From Nemertoderma westbladi (taxonomy: Eukaryota; Animalia; Xenacoelomorpha): 64,000 nt of DNA. Each line of letters opens with the position of its first letter. Within the stretch, counting starts at the first letter, position 1. Made by a program: the position numbers and the translations under genes. The notes below the pieces were generated by a model that was given only the letters and a program-made list of their open reading frames with translations, was not told where the DNA came from and made no database searches. The DNA lies in NCBI GenBank assembly GCA_032718475.1, contig JAUCBJ010001302.1, positions 18,887 to 82,886 of the forward strand, given 5' to 3'. This document shows, piece by piece, positions 25,541 to 37,569 of this stretch.

Positions 25541-28435
25541 GTTAGTTTCACTGATGTTCTCTATACATGTTAGTAACGGTACGGTTTTTGTTTTACACTT
25601 TCCGACTAGAATATTTGGTAAAAAAAAATGTAGAATATTTGCCACTTGGTAACTTTCCCGAGTTGTTAATTCGATGAAACCATTCGGAGTTGTCAAGTAG
25701 AAGTGTAGGTTATAGTTACAGTGGAATTTTATATGATTTCCTCTATAAGGTGCCGTAGCGAAAGGTTATTGTCATAGCAACTATTTCTCTTAGCATGTTG
25801 TCTCGTCTACGTATGGCTGTGTCGGTTTGTATGTCTGTTTTTGTTCTGTATTTCTGTTGTTAGCCTTTTATGTTATCCTTCTGACAGTATGATATCATTA
25901 AGTCTATCTGTGACACTTCGATGTTATGTGTCTGTTGTCGTTACAGTCCGTTTTTAAATAGTTATTTAAGCTGAAAATGTAAATTTAACCTAAAATATAC
26001 TAAACATTTACGAGTATAGTGCACAATAATCAGTAAATATAATAAATATATTGGGATCTCAGAGTTAAAAGTTATATATTATAATATCGTCGATAGATTT
26101 CTTGCATCAACTTTGATATGTTAATTTATTATTCAAGTTTGTTGACAGCTTCGGGTTTTTAATAACCGCGACAATAGATTGGATTTGGAATGAGATTGAA
26201 GGTTATTTCTGAGTAGATATACTATTTAAACTGAGCGCTATGCGATGCATGCAAAGTCAGGTTGCCTCTTAGTGAGGGCGTTGGCCAGATTTAATATCAT
26301 TATGATTCTCATTCTATGCGAATCTTTTATTATTATATCTTCAAGGCTACAATGACATGCGATGAGTAGGTATAGGGGTACTGTGGGTTTTATTGGGGAT
26401 CGGGAGCGGTGGTTGTTCTACATCGTAGCTGCATCGTTATTACTGTCATTAGAGTTCTTGGTGTGTTTGTTAAGGGCTTCGCCGCGCTGTGTAACCCCGA
26501 TATGCTTGACTAGTGAAACTGCGCGGCAATAGCTTTGTCTACTAACAGAAGCAGAGAGCGTAGCGTTGTTATGGTTGTCTGGAAATGGGCCAGCTAATTA
26601 AACTTCCGGTTTACTGCCAGATTATTTTAAGCTTTTATTTTAATTGATAAATCATAATGATTCCCGTTTGTAATTATATACAACGTAGGAAATTACGACC
26701 GCCCGCCTGCCCATCAGTCCGTAAAAGTGAAACATTTCATGTGTAAAGCTACTGCTGTACTGTACTGACCTATGCCTAACTTTATGTTAAATTAATCATT
26801 GTACCTCCAGGGATAGTTCCTGTACCTATTATTTATCCGGAAAATATCACATCGCAACCTATATCGTGGAGGAAATCCTGCTGCATATCAGCTGCATATC
26901 AGCTAGTAAAAGTAATCAGTATTTCCCTAAACCCTGAGTATTTGTCCGTTTAACAATGCTCGTTAATTGTATCCGCTTTAAAAATATAACGAGGCCTAGA
27001 TTATTGTGCTCATCAGATTGTGAGTTTATTATCCTAAGGGTAGGAGATATCAACAGTCTAACTCACAACTCTCTATATTTGGGCAAAGGAGGGAAAATAA
27101 TGTTCTTAATTAATTTTTAATTTATAATTATAATACTAATAATGTATTTAATTAATTGGGTGTATTTAACAACATTGCTTATGAGAGGGGACCGGCAACA
27201 ACGTAACTCGTGTAACTAAGGTTACATGGAGATCAATTGATTGTATATGTATATGGTTATATGGGGGAGAAGTTGTTTGCGCGGACGTTTAGTGTTTTCG
27301 AGATGAGAGGGAATTTTAAGAATCAATTAAGTATTACATGAAAATAAAGTAGCTTTATTTCACTGATAACAGCTGGAAATAAAGGGCAATTTAGTGGCCA
27401 ACCTGACAATGGAGGATAATAAAGGCCAACAAAACGACATCAGCGGTGTGTCCAATCAGTGATACATGAAGAATTTCACATTTCCTTTTTATTTAATTAA
27501 TTAAAAAATTTTATAATATGCAGCTCGCGTAGCATCATTGGCAACTAAATATAATGGTGACTTGTCCCGTCCCGGCTCATACATTAAGCAAATCTTTGAA
27601 ACAAAGCCCTCCGGGTGGATTAAGTAGATTCCTCCATTATATGCAACCAAGCGAGCACCTGCAGTATCTTATCCCCGACACCCTATCGGGTCGACAAGAA
27701 GAAATTCATTATGCAGTCAACACGGATCTCGCAATGAGCTGTAAATTACTTTCGCGCTGACGCCTGTTTCCTTAACGCTGCTCAGATTAAAATTATACCC
27801 CCAACTTCCACGTATAGCGCACGCGAAGCGGTAACATTTCGTTTCCGCACTCCTATATGTGTAGCTACTGTGTCAGTCCATGGGCTAGATGGCGCCATTA
27901 CTACATTACTCGTAATTAGGGATTTGTTCTTGCAACGAATAAGTCACTTTGCAGTTCAGGAGGCCATTGCATTTCTTCGCTGATATAGGCCATGTATTTA
28001 TTTTACGGGATTGCGCTGTCCGATGAGCTTAGGGCGAGGATTGTTCACGTTTAATCCAAAACCAATCGATATAGTGGTGTATAACTCCGTATTGTGAGGG
28101 TTAAAAGATTATCTCTGTGTGTCTGATTTCCCTGATACTGCAGCACAATGCATTCGTTATCGACGCTATGAACCCCATATTGTTATGTTGTGTAAGCGAG
28201 TTTGGCTAGCCATGGGCCCGGCGGTGGCACCTGCTGACGCGGTGGGCCGATGAGGAAATAAGAGATATTTAAAGGTTGAGAGTCTTTAGAGTAGAGAGAC
28301 TAATGTAGTTGTTATCAAGTATAGCGCTTTGCACGTCATGGAATTCGTAATTTTATTCGGCAATTTTAAGGCCGGGGAAACCCCCCCCCCCCCCCCCCCC
28401 CCCTGAACACTTTTTTTAATTAGATTTTATTGATA

Positions 28436-29171
28436 TTTATATTTAACGTCAAGCTACTAATAGTAAAAAACTGTACCGGTAGGTATGTACAACAAGTAAA
28501 TAAAATCGACTGGAGACCCAGACATGCATGTAATAGTGATCAGCTGACTGCAGACAGCTGATCGGTAGGTTTCGCCCCAATACAGCGGGCTTTCTCAGGA
28601 TGTTCCAGCTTGCAGGACGACAGTAGAGTGAAGTTCCCAAAGGATAAGAACATGCAAAGTGTGATGGGGTTGATACATACTAACTAACCACTGGGAAGCA
28701 GCACCACAAACTTACGCCAATCACGTTTCTGCTTGTTGATAACTGGCTGGCGCGTGCGAATATAGTACATTTCAAGCTTTTGCAGAACAGGCCACAGAGG
28801 GTGCCTAGCAATAACTTTGAAATGCTTAAAAAGCTCGCGCCAGTCAGTCAGCCAACGAGTATTGGGCTCGCCGCGGTGCGTCATGATGTGGTTGTACACA
28901 GTCTTGCCCTGCTCGTATATAGTTAGCATGTATCAGCCCCATCACACTTTGCCTGTTCTTCTCCTTTGGGAACTTCACTCTACTGTCGTCCTGCAAGCTT
29001 GAGCATCCTGAGAAAGCCCGCTGTATTGGGGCGAAATCTACCGATCAGCTGTCTGCAGTCAGCTGATCACTATTACATGCATGTCTGGGTCTCCAGTCGA
29101 TTTTTATTTACTTGTTGTACATACCTACCGGTACAGTTTTTTACTATTAGTAGCTTGACGTTAAATATAAA
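28436..29171 (-). mobile_element. 5'-truncated Penelope-like element: GIY-YIG endonuclease C-terminus (28684-28929, minus) between ~250-bp inverted pseudo-LTRs
   Basis: Arms 28436-28687 and 28920-29171 are near-identical in inverted orientation; the centre encodes TVYNHIMTH...FKHFKVIARHPLWPVLQKLEMYYIRTRQPVINKQ (PLE-type H..F.I..LE..I..P.xN.Q pattern); each arm has a hammerhead-like core. Confidence 0.75.
29008..29046 (+). ncRNA. Hammerhead-like core in the PLE pseudo-LTR (mirror copy 28560-28598, minus strand)
   Basis: CTGAGAA-agcccgctgtattggggc-GAAA-tc tacc ga-TC; stem I pairs poorly, so probably degenerate. Confidence 0.45.
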
Positions 29172-29622
29172 AAATATAATTATCAACTTTTCAAGCTTTC
29201 CTTACTACCACTTTTTTTAAATGTTTACAATATCTACTGAAATGAAAATATTTTGATTTTAACCAGTATGGCTAAGTATGGCTTAGCGGCCATTGAATGA
29301 AACACGATTAGCGGCTAAAATGCTACTAATCATTCAATCTGTGATGGAATTGGCTGAAGCAATTTAATTTAAAGTAATTTAATTAATATTCATTAATATT
29401 TGAGAAATTTTGACAAAATTTTCACTAATTTTTGGTTGAAATGTGAAAATTATCTGTAAAAACAGAAATGTAAAAATTCCAGCCGATTACTTTTAAAGAA
29501 CCGTCGAAACCATTTCGAATGAGCCAAAAAATAAAATAAAATTGATCAAAAATGGCGAAGGAGTAGTAATTTGAAAAATTAAAAATCTCATTCCGAGATA
29601 ATTGCCTTCAAAATTTAAACAT

Positions 29623-30805
29623 TGTAAAAGCTTCTGTGGGATATAACTGGCCCTTTTGCTTTGCAATCCAGTTTCCCCCCAGGCGCTGGAATACTCTAAA
29701 AGGCTCACTAACTCGAATGGTACAAGCGACCGGCTGATTGGCTGATTTGCTGTACGAGGGGTTCTTTGCTATGTTCTATCGGCCAACCAGAGCTATAGCA
29801 GCAGAGTATGCAACCAGGACAACCGAGCGGAGTGACTCATTTTGTGTGCTGGCCAAGGGATGCAAAAATCCTGATAGTTCGGCATTTAGATATTCGTGGA
29901 ACCTGTGGAATCTGGTGTTCTGCCAATGAGAGCTATTCCTCTCTGTGTAAAAGATACCTGCAACAGGGACAGAGGACAGTGTTGTTATTCCTCCTAGGCC
30001 AGGAACACCGGCTCTAGAATCAATTCGTTTTCATACTTTAGAAGAAACATTAGTAGGCTTAAGATTATAGAGCGTATAACTGTTATCTTGTCACATCTTG
30101 TCATATCATATCTTAACCTACCGTCTTAATGCTATTTACTGTTGTGTTTTGGTTGAATATTATTTGGAGAACATTTATAAAGAACCCAAATTTCCCAATT
30201 TTCTTGATACACTACAGGTTAGAGAGACGGGTTATATATAGCGATTGCGACTTATATTATTGTGTATGTAGTGAATTTAATGCTATTTGATAAGCACTAC
30301 ATTGGTCCGTTGCTGTTCTCTCTATATATGATAAAATTCATTGACGGTCGGCAAATTAGTGAGCAGTATTGTGTGTTACCGGTAGTGTGCATGATTGTGA
30401 CTGATAACTAAGCATTTCCTAAAGAATGCGCCTCATACGTGAATCATAAGCCTTACCGACTTGCCGTTGTGATTAGTATAAGTCATATCTCTGTTTACTT
30501 AGATAGAGTGCCACGTCCTAAAGGAACTGTTAATATTTCCCGAAAGTGAATAATATTAGTCAGAAATTATTTATTAACGATCAATCGAATAATACAGTAG
30601 GCTTCACTGCAATAATAATCTAAGCCCTCAGAATCCAGCACCCCGGGTATATCCAGCGGGTGAATGGACGCGCACTAGGCTGGCTTCTGCTAATGTTGTG
30701 TTTATTGGTATTAAATATTTGTCATCTTCTAAAGTATATTTATAAACCAAAAGACATATAAATTTTGGCAGGTTAAACTGCTAAAGGTCTTCAAAAGCGC
30801 GTACA
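29623..30805 (+). repeat. 5' LTR (1183 bp)
   Basis: TGTAAAAG...GCGTACA; only two substitutions relative to the 3' LTR were noticed by eye. Confidence 0.97.
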
Positions 30806-31195
30806 ATAACAGTTATTGACTTTATTGCAGTAAACAATAAAGTTGAAAGTACCGGTCAACCGGTAAACCTGAACCGGTACATCTGTAGGTCAGTAGGCCT
30901 AACTGCCAGAACCGGTACTTCTGTAGGTCTGTAGGCCCAACTGTCCTAACCGGTACTTCCAGTATAAGTACATCAGTATTATTCGATTTTGATTATTGTA
31001 TACCGGTAGGTCTCGATATTAAATCGGGGACGCCTGGTTTTTATTGGGATTTTACTTAGGTCTATTTCTGTCAGTTTTATTTCCTAGTAAGTTAATATTG
31101 AGCTGAAGACGTGTAAGTCTGCTCAGATTGTTCAGATAACTGTAGGCCGGACTGTTGTCGGATTGTTGTTGGGTTTGGAGAGATTACGGTGTGTG

Positions 31196-31594
31196 TAGAG
31201 TTTGTCTGATAAAGTGCCGTTAGTAAGTTGGGGCAGCCATAGCTGTAAGGTCAATCCCCTCTTAAAGAATAAGTCGTACTACCGTGTTAGAACGCATACT
31301 AACTAACCGTTTTGGAATCTGCACATACTGTAGTTTATTTAGGCTTGACAGTATTCTGCCAACGTTTTGGCCTGTGTTTGTTTGTGTGGTCTGTTCAGGT
31401 ACCGTAATAGTTATTACTCAGATATTTGTAGGCTGGATTGTTGTCTAGCTATTATTAGGTCTGAAGAGATTGCTGCGTGTATAGAGTTTGTCTGATAAAG
31501 TGCCGTTAGTAAGTTGGGGCAGCCATAGCTGTAAGGTCAATCCCCTCTTAAAGAATAAGTCGTACTACCGTGTTAGAACGCATACTAACTAACC
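31196..31594 (+). repeat. Direct repeat in the retrotransposon leader: 113-bp identical core, 286-bp period
   Basis: 31196-31308 is identical to 31482-31594; the flanks are similar but diverged. Confidence 0.9.
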
Positions 31595-33000
31595 ATTTCA
31601 GAATCTACACGTACGGTAGTTTATTTAGGCTTGGTGGTAGTCTGCCAGCGTTTTGGTTTGTATTTGTTTGAGTATTCTGTACGGGTAGCGTAATATTTAT
31701 TATTCAGAGTTTATGTGATTATTCGCAACATTCATGTCCCCAAGTTTATTCCTACAGTAATTGTGCTTGTTATACATACCGTTATAGTTAAATTAACCCC
31801 GGTACTACACGGGCTGCTTGGCGTAGGAAAAGACTGGTGACTTTGTGCTTCGGTCACTCCAGCAGATGCCGTGGTTCTTTTAACTGTTCAAGTATATTTA
31901 ACTACTGATTATTTGTTGTACCAGTACTTGTACCTAATTTAGGGTTTAGTGTACAGTGCTTTCCGAAAGTAATTAGTGTGTAGGCAGTATATTTGTGTTG
32001 TAAAGTGGTTAATAGGCACGCTGGATCTGGTAGTCCGCGGTAATTAACTTCTAGGTAGGAACACTCCGTGATACATAACGTAGTACCTATAGCGATACGG
32101 CTATAGGTCGTCAGGCGGTGGTATTTTCCTATCTGGACAGTGCAATATATTTACTACTACTTATTATTTTCAAATACCGTAGTACCCTGTCCGTTGTAAT
32201 AACCAGAAATCTAACCCTTTGTTAGGCTGGTTTGTAGTTTCCCTGTAAAATTACCCTAAAAATTTCGTACGTAATATTTGTTGTTGTGTTTTAATTAGAG
32301 AATTAATCTCACCCATATCGTAAGTAATTTGTAGTATTAAGTAACTTAGGTAAATTAGAATTATCTGTTTTAGTGTCCAATAAATAGCACTTCACTGAGA
32401 GCGCACAGCTTCTGTGTAGTGAACCCCAGAAATAATAACATTTATTTCAAATATTGACAAAACCCTTTTAAACGGGTATATATAGATTATAAATCAATTC
32501 AAACGATTTATAAATAGTAGGCCTGCCATACAACAACTAGGTCTCAAAATCAGTTGGACTACTGCTTAAATAACAGTAATAAAGTAAGTTAAAGTAACCA
32601 AGTAACCCTAAAATATTCAGAAATTCAATTATTCTAAAATAATTGACATACCGGTATTTACCATAGGCTTATTATATTTATTTCTATAAATTTGAGCTGA
32701 AATCATACCGGTACTCTGTACTTAATTCTAGTCCATAATTATACTTATATATACTATCAGTGTAAGCTGTATACCGGTATTCACGATAGGTCTATTATAT
32801 ATTTATATATATTTGTGCTAAAATTATATACTGGTACTCTGTGACAAAACTAGTTTACCATACTTATATATATTATAAGTGCATACCGGTATTCTAATAT
32901 ACTGCAATAAATTACTGGTACTAGGCCAACGGTCATACTGAATTACTAGACTTGCTTTAACTGTAACTATAGCAGTAAGCATTCAACTGTATAGCTAAAC

Positions 33001-36000
33001 ATGTCTGACACTCAGAAAAACCTGTCAGACAGTCTAATCGATACAACCATCTGTGACACAGATAGGAGTGTGGAGCGATTAAGAAAGGAGTTCAGCTCAC
33101 CTCCTACTGAAAGAAAAGTCATCCCTCCAGTAGTGGTATCAGACCCTAAGCTAATCCAACACCGTAGGTCTATAATCGGCACTCGGGCCCAAGTCAAACG
33201 GAACCAGGAAGCAGCTGTCCCACAGCAGCAACAGCCTAGTCAAGAAACTTGTTCCCAGCGATCCGATAGCTCCAGTAGTTCGGATACTGTCGAGCTGAAC
33301 CCCGAACGCGGATTGCAGATGGCGGCAAAAGCCTACTCGGACCCCCTTCTCACCCTTCCTGCCGCAGTGCTAACTACTATATTGATTGCGGTGGAGGAAC
33401 ATCAAGCCGACTGGGCGAGAAATAAGCGAGCGACCCAAGATAATTATGCGGAATACGCCAGGGAAGAATTGATGTCTATTGTCGAGTCACAATGGAACTT
33501 TCCCGGACCCGGACTCCCGTTAGATCTGTCCGAGGCAACTTGGGAAGATATACACAGGATGGGAGTGGTTAAAGATACAATGGATCCAGCTGTTTGGAAG
33601 AGGTCGGCAGCAGGATATGTGCAGGGGTTCTTCGGCTCCTTAGAGAGATTAGAAGAACAACTGTTTCGACAACCCCAAGGACCTCAAGAGCAGGAAGAAC
33701 TGCTATATCAAGTACGCGAAAGAACCCTACGCATTCGACTAATCCTATCAGCCTTTGAGGAAACTTCCAAAAGAAGACAGGACACGTCGCTGCAGGTTGC
33801 TGTCAAAACTTGGTTCCAGCGGGTAGGCCTCAAAGTACAAGAAACGGACCAGTGGAAATCCCAGCTGTCTGAGAGACTAACCTATGAAGAACCAACCGAT
33901 GCCACCCTTCCTCAAGTGGAAGGCGAAGAGACCGCAGAGAGACCACGAACAAGAGACGCCATCGACATTTATCTGTCCGACTATCAGCGATTCCTAGGAG
34001 ACGAAGAGTTGAGGAGACGGCTGTCTGGACTTTCCCCTAATAGTGAAGGAACCCAGCGTGTGTTGGACTCAATTGATGCTGAAATGTTAGCTGCAAACCA
34101 AGCTAAATTTGATGAAAAACTTCGCCTCGCTAGAGTCCAAGAAGAACAAGTAAAGAAAAGACGGATAGAGGAACAAAAGGCGGCGGCCATGGCAGAAGCA
34201 GAAGTAGAAAGAAAGGCAGCGGCGGCAGAAGCAGAAGCGGAAAGAAAGGCGGCAAAGGCAGTGGCAGAAGCAGAACGGAGAGCGTCTGAGCAGACTACCC
34301 AACTGGAGTTGGAAAATCTGCAAGAGACGCAAGACAACATAAATAAACAGTTAACTGCTAGTCAAATGCAGATGATGAGACGATCTACTCCCAAACGCCA
34401 GGGATACACATCATCGGAGGAAAGCGAAACCACCGATCCTGAAGGCGGAGGAAATAGATCTCGTCTAAGCAGGCGTAGAAAAACATCTCACCGTCACAAA
34501 TTGCCTGATTTGCCCCCAGCTGTTAGAAGACAGCTAGCTAGCACAGACTTAGGTATTACGGAACCCACAGACCAAACTATTCAGGTCAAAAGACTCCCTA
34601 CAATAGTTGATGAGCCTGAAATAATTAGGCCTGTCGTTCCCAAAGTCACTTCTGTGTTAGAGACCCCTGTACTTCCAGAGCTTAACTCTAAATTCCCTTT
34701 ACATAGTACTACACTGCCTGTACCCGGTAGAACAGTCCATGAGAATATCCCTGTCCTGATAGCTGAGAGAGAAATCAAAGATTTGTCTCCCGTCGTCCCA
34801 CGTCAGCCCACTACAATGTTGGCGACTCCCGCTTCGGCGGTCGAGTGGGTAGAGGAGGGACGGCGGGGGATGAATCTCCTGCTCGGACAGATGCAGGAGA
34901 CTGTCCACCAGCTTAAGGGAACAGTAAGGGAAGGTAGGGCCGAATTGCAAGAAGTGCAGCAAAGTATCGCGCTAGAACGCGACAAATTAGTCAATATCCA
35001 AAAGGGCATACCAATACCCCCTGTAACATTGTGTCAACCGGTTAGGTCTGAAGTATTACATGCGCAAGGTGTGGAGCCTACACGCATCTATACTGCTAGT
35101 GAAGTAGAAACTCCTATAGCAAACCCTATTAAGGGTGATTATAAACCTGTTGTTAATGATATTCCCTATAGACCTGCTAATGATCCGAGAAATTCATATA
35201 CCGATAATTCGATATTAAATAACACGATGGCCCAAGAAAGCTTTACGCGTCAGATGGCTAGAACAGAAGCCCGACAAGCGGTCAAAGTGGGAGAGATCGT
35301 CAAATTCAATGGAGATGAGATGAAGTGGTTACCTTTCAACGAATATTACAAAGACAGCATACAGAACTCTGTGCTATCTAACGGAGAGAAACTTAGGTTC
35401 CTCATCAAGTGCTTGGAAGGACCTCCCAAGTTAATGGCGTTAAAGTTTATTGGACATCCAGAAGGATTAAGACAAGTTTGGGATACATTAAACATCAGGT
35501 ATGGTAACAAGGATAACATAGCTAAGTATTTGTATGCAAAATTAGTAGCCCCCCGACACTTCCTTAGTAGCGGGATTATAGAGTTTTCCGATGAGATTCA
35601 AGAGATCTGTAGACAACTGGACTGGTTAGGTAAGTCGCATGAATATCAGAGTTCCATGGTTATTGGAGCCGTAGTCTCTACTTTACCAAAGGGTGGAGTA
35701 TGTACACGCTGGGACAAGAAAGTGTTGTACATGAATGAACAACAACGACGAAGCCCTACCATGGCTGATCTCATGTCCTTCTTAGATAGTGAAGTAAAAT
35801 TACAACTCATAAAGCAGTCCAGAGAGAAAACATCGGAAAATAAGGTAAGTGAGAAACCCGTTTCTAGGAGAAGGATAATACCAGTGTGTTATACTGACGA
35901 CGGCGAAAGCCAAGCTTCTCAAGAAGAGGACAGCGGGAAAGACACAGCAAAATCTTACTATGACAACAAGACCTATAAAGACGTAAGTAAATACAAGTCT

Positions 36001-37569
36001 CGAACCAGTGACAGGAGAGAACAGGTAACAACAACTCCTCCTACGTCTCCTAAGAGAATTCACGGAAGAAAGCCCGAAGAAAGAACGAGAGTGCATAACG
36101 TTACCCAAGGTAAGGTGAGTAACATCAAACCAAAATGTGCGCTGTGCGACGGGCCCCACCGTTTGAGTGCGTGTGCTGAATTTCTAAAGAAATCCCTTGT
36201 AGACAGACGTACAGTCCTGTGGAATAAGCGGTTATGCTATAATTGCCTCAGATCAGGACACCAACGGCGAACCTGTTACTCCGACGTAAAGTGTGCAAAG
36301 TGTGGCGCGAAACATCACATCTTGTTACACAGTGAGTTCGAACGAGACAACCCGAGTCAGGTAAGTGAGCCCGAACTACATGTCCAATTCAGTGATGTAA
36401 ATGACACTGATCAAGAGTCTGAGATGGAAGGATTCTATACTGACGAATTCTCCGACGCCAACGAATCCTGTTACCTAATAAATACCTCAGTGTATCGAGC
36501 ACTTACTTATGAAAAGGACACCGACAATGAGTTCCCCCCAACTACTTTTGCCAGACAACCATCTTGGAAAGCTCCAACTTCCAACGTAGGAATCAGAGAA
36601 TTTCCTGTAGTGCAGGTAAGAGTTCATGGTCCTAACAAAAGTTACATAGTGAACGCCCTCCTTGACTCCGGCAGCACAGGAACATTCATCGATCAAGAAC
36701 TAGCCGAAGATATCTTTGCTGGACAACCCAAATTCCGGACTAAATTGAATATGTTAGGAATTATGCAGGTTTGGAAATCTACCCTAACGGCAGATTACTA
36801 TGTAGGTGTGTTGTCCACCCCCCAGGATAAATTAGGAGCACAAGGTATAAGGTCGGTAAAAATGGTGGCTATAAAGAACTTCGCTACTACCCAAGCAGAC
36901 CTTTATAATTGGGACGAGGATGAGAGCATCCAACATCTTAAGATACCTCGATTCCAGACAGATTATCCTGGAGTGCAAATACTCATCGGCCAAAACGCGC
37001 ATGAGGCGCTCGAGACATTGGAGAAACGGCCTGCTCAACCGCAGCCACTACAAACCTATGCGGTAAGAACTAGAGTAGGTTGGTACTTCACTGGCCCTTC
37101 CCGTAGAACTCTCAAAGAGAGATTACCTCAACAACAGGTATACCAAGTAAAGGAATGGGAAGTGGAGAGCAGTGATGTGGACGATCCAACTGAGGGAACA
37201 CCATACTCCTCAGATAATGACGATATTAACTCCAATGTAGATCAATGGAGACATTGCCTTGGGACGATTAATCCAGCCGACATCGCTTCCAGAGGAGCAA
37301 CTCCTCAAGAACTGATAGATACTCCAGGCTGGTTAGGTGGATCCGACTTCTTAAGTAAAGAAGAAGAAGAATGGCCTCCTCATCTTACCCCGGTGAAGAT
37401 TAGACAGGCCAAGGGAGCGGAGAAAGTAACACAACAACTAAATCGCCCAGCTAGTCGTTTATGTTTACTGGAAAGAGACCGAAAACTGTCCGGAAACTAT
37501 GGAAGGCAAGATACTCTTCCTACGACCACTTCCCTAATCCGACAAATATCTAGGGACTCCATAACGTAA
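33001..37569 (+). CDS. BEL/Pao Gag-aspartic protease polyprotein fused in frame to an RNase H C-terminal remnant (1522 aa; RT and integrase missing)
   Basis: DUF1759-like KFNGDEMKW...EKLRFLIKCLEG; triple knuckle CALCDGPHRLSAC / CYNCLRSGHQRRTC / CAKCGAKHHILLH; protease ALLDSGS; TRVGWYFTGP followed shortly by QWRHC..NPADIASRG..W.G..FL..WP. Confidence 0.95.
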   Translation: MSDTQKNLSDSLIDTTICDTDRSVERLRKEFSSPPTERKVIPPVVVSDPKLIQHRRSIIGTRAQVKRNQEAAVPQQQQPSQETCSQRSDSSSSSDTVELNPERGLQMAAKAYSDPLLTLPAAVLTTILIAVEEHQADWARNKRATQDNYAEYAREELMSIVESQWNFPGPGLPLDLSEATWEDIHRMGVVKDTMDPAVWKRSAAGYVQGFFGSLERLEEQLFRQPQGPQEQEELLYQVRERTLRIRLILSAFEETSKRRQDTSLQVAVKTWFQRVGLKVQETDQWKSQLSERLTYEEPTDATLPQVEGEETAERPRTRDAIDIYLSDYQRFLGDEELRRRLSGLSPNSEGTQRVLDSIDAEMLAANQAKFDEKLRLARVQEEQVKKRRIEEQKAAAMAEAEVERKAAAAEAEAERKAAKAVAEAERRASEQTTQLELENLQETQDNINKQLTASQMQMMRRSTPKRQGYTSSEESETTDPEGGGNRSRLSRRRKTSHRHKLPDLPPAVRRQLASTDLGITEPTDQTIQVKRLPTIVDEPEIIRPVVPKVTSVLETPVLPELNSKFPLHSTTLPVPGRTVHENIPVLIAEREIKDLSPVVPRQPTTMLATPASAVEWVEEGRRGMNLLLGQMQETVHQLKGTVREGRAELQEVQQSIALERDKLVNIQKGIPIPPVTLCQPVRSEVLHAQGVEPTRIYTASEVETPIANPIKGDYKPVVNDIPYRPANDPRNSYTDNSILNNTMAQESFTRQMARTEARQAVKVGEIVKFNGDEMKWLPFNEYYKDSIQNSVLSNGEKLRFLIKCLEGPPKLMALKFIGHPEGLRQVWDTLNIRYGNKDNIAKYLYAKLVAPRHFLSSGIIEFSDEIQEICRQLDWLGKSHEYQSSMVIGAVVSTLPKGGVCTRWDKKVLYMNEQQRRSPTMADLMSFLDSEVKLQLIKQSREKTSENKVSEKPVSRRRIIPVCYTDDGESQASQEEDSGKDTAKSYYDNKTYKDVSKYKSRTSDRREQVTTTPPTSPKRIHGRKPEERTRVHNVTQGKVSNIKPKCALCDGPHRLSACAEFLKKSLVDRRTVLWNKRLCYNCLRSGHQRRTCYSDVKCAKCGAKHHILLHSEFERDNPSQVSEPELHVQFSDVNDTDQESEMEGFYTDEFSDANESCYLINTSVYRALTYEKDTDNEFPPTTFARQPSWKAPTSNVGIREFPVVQVRVHGPNKSYIVNALLDSGSTGTFIDQELAEDIFAGQPKFRTKLNMLGIMQVWKSTLTADYYVGVLSTPQDKLGAQGIRSVKMVAIKNFATTQADLYNWDEDESIQHLKIPRFQTDYPGVQILIGQNAHEALETLEKRPAQPQPLQTYAVRTRVGWYFTGPSRRTLKERLPQQQVYQVKEWEVESSDVDDPTEGTPYSSDNDDINSNVDQWRHCLGTINPADIASRGATPQELIDTPGWLGGSDFLSKEEEEWPPHLTPVKIRQAKGAEKVTQQLNRPASRLCLLERDRKLSGNYGRQDTLPTTTSLIRQISRDSIT

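Noticed and set aside
26080-26560. Possible LINE endonuclease remnant on the minus strand (RQPDFACIA)
   Set aside because: Too degenerate to support without a profile search.
27883-27897. CTCF-like motif gctagatggcgcc
   Set aside because: Single partial motif match with no other support.
29738-30017. Short ORFs duplicated at 40834-41113
   Set aside because: Incidental ORFs inside the two LTRs.
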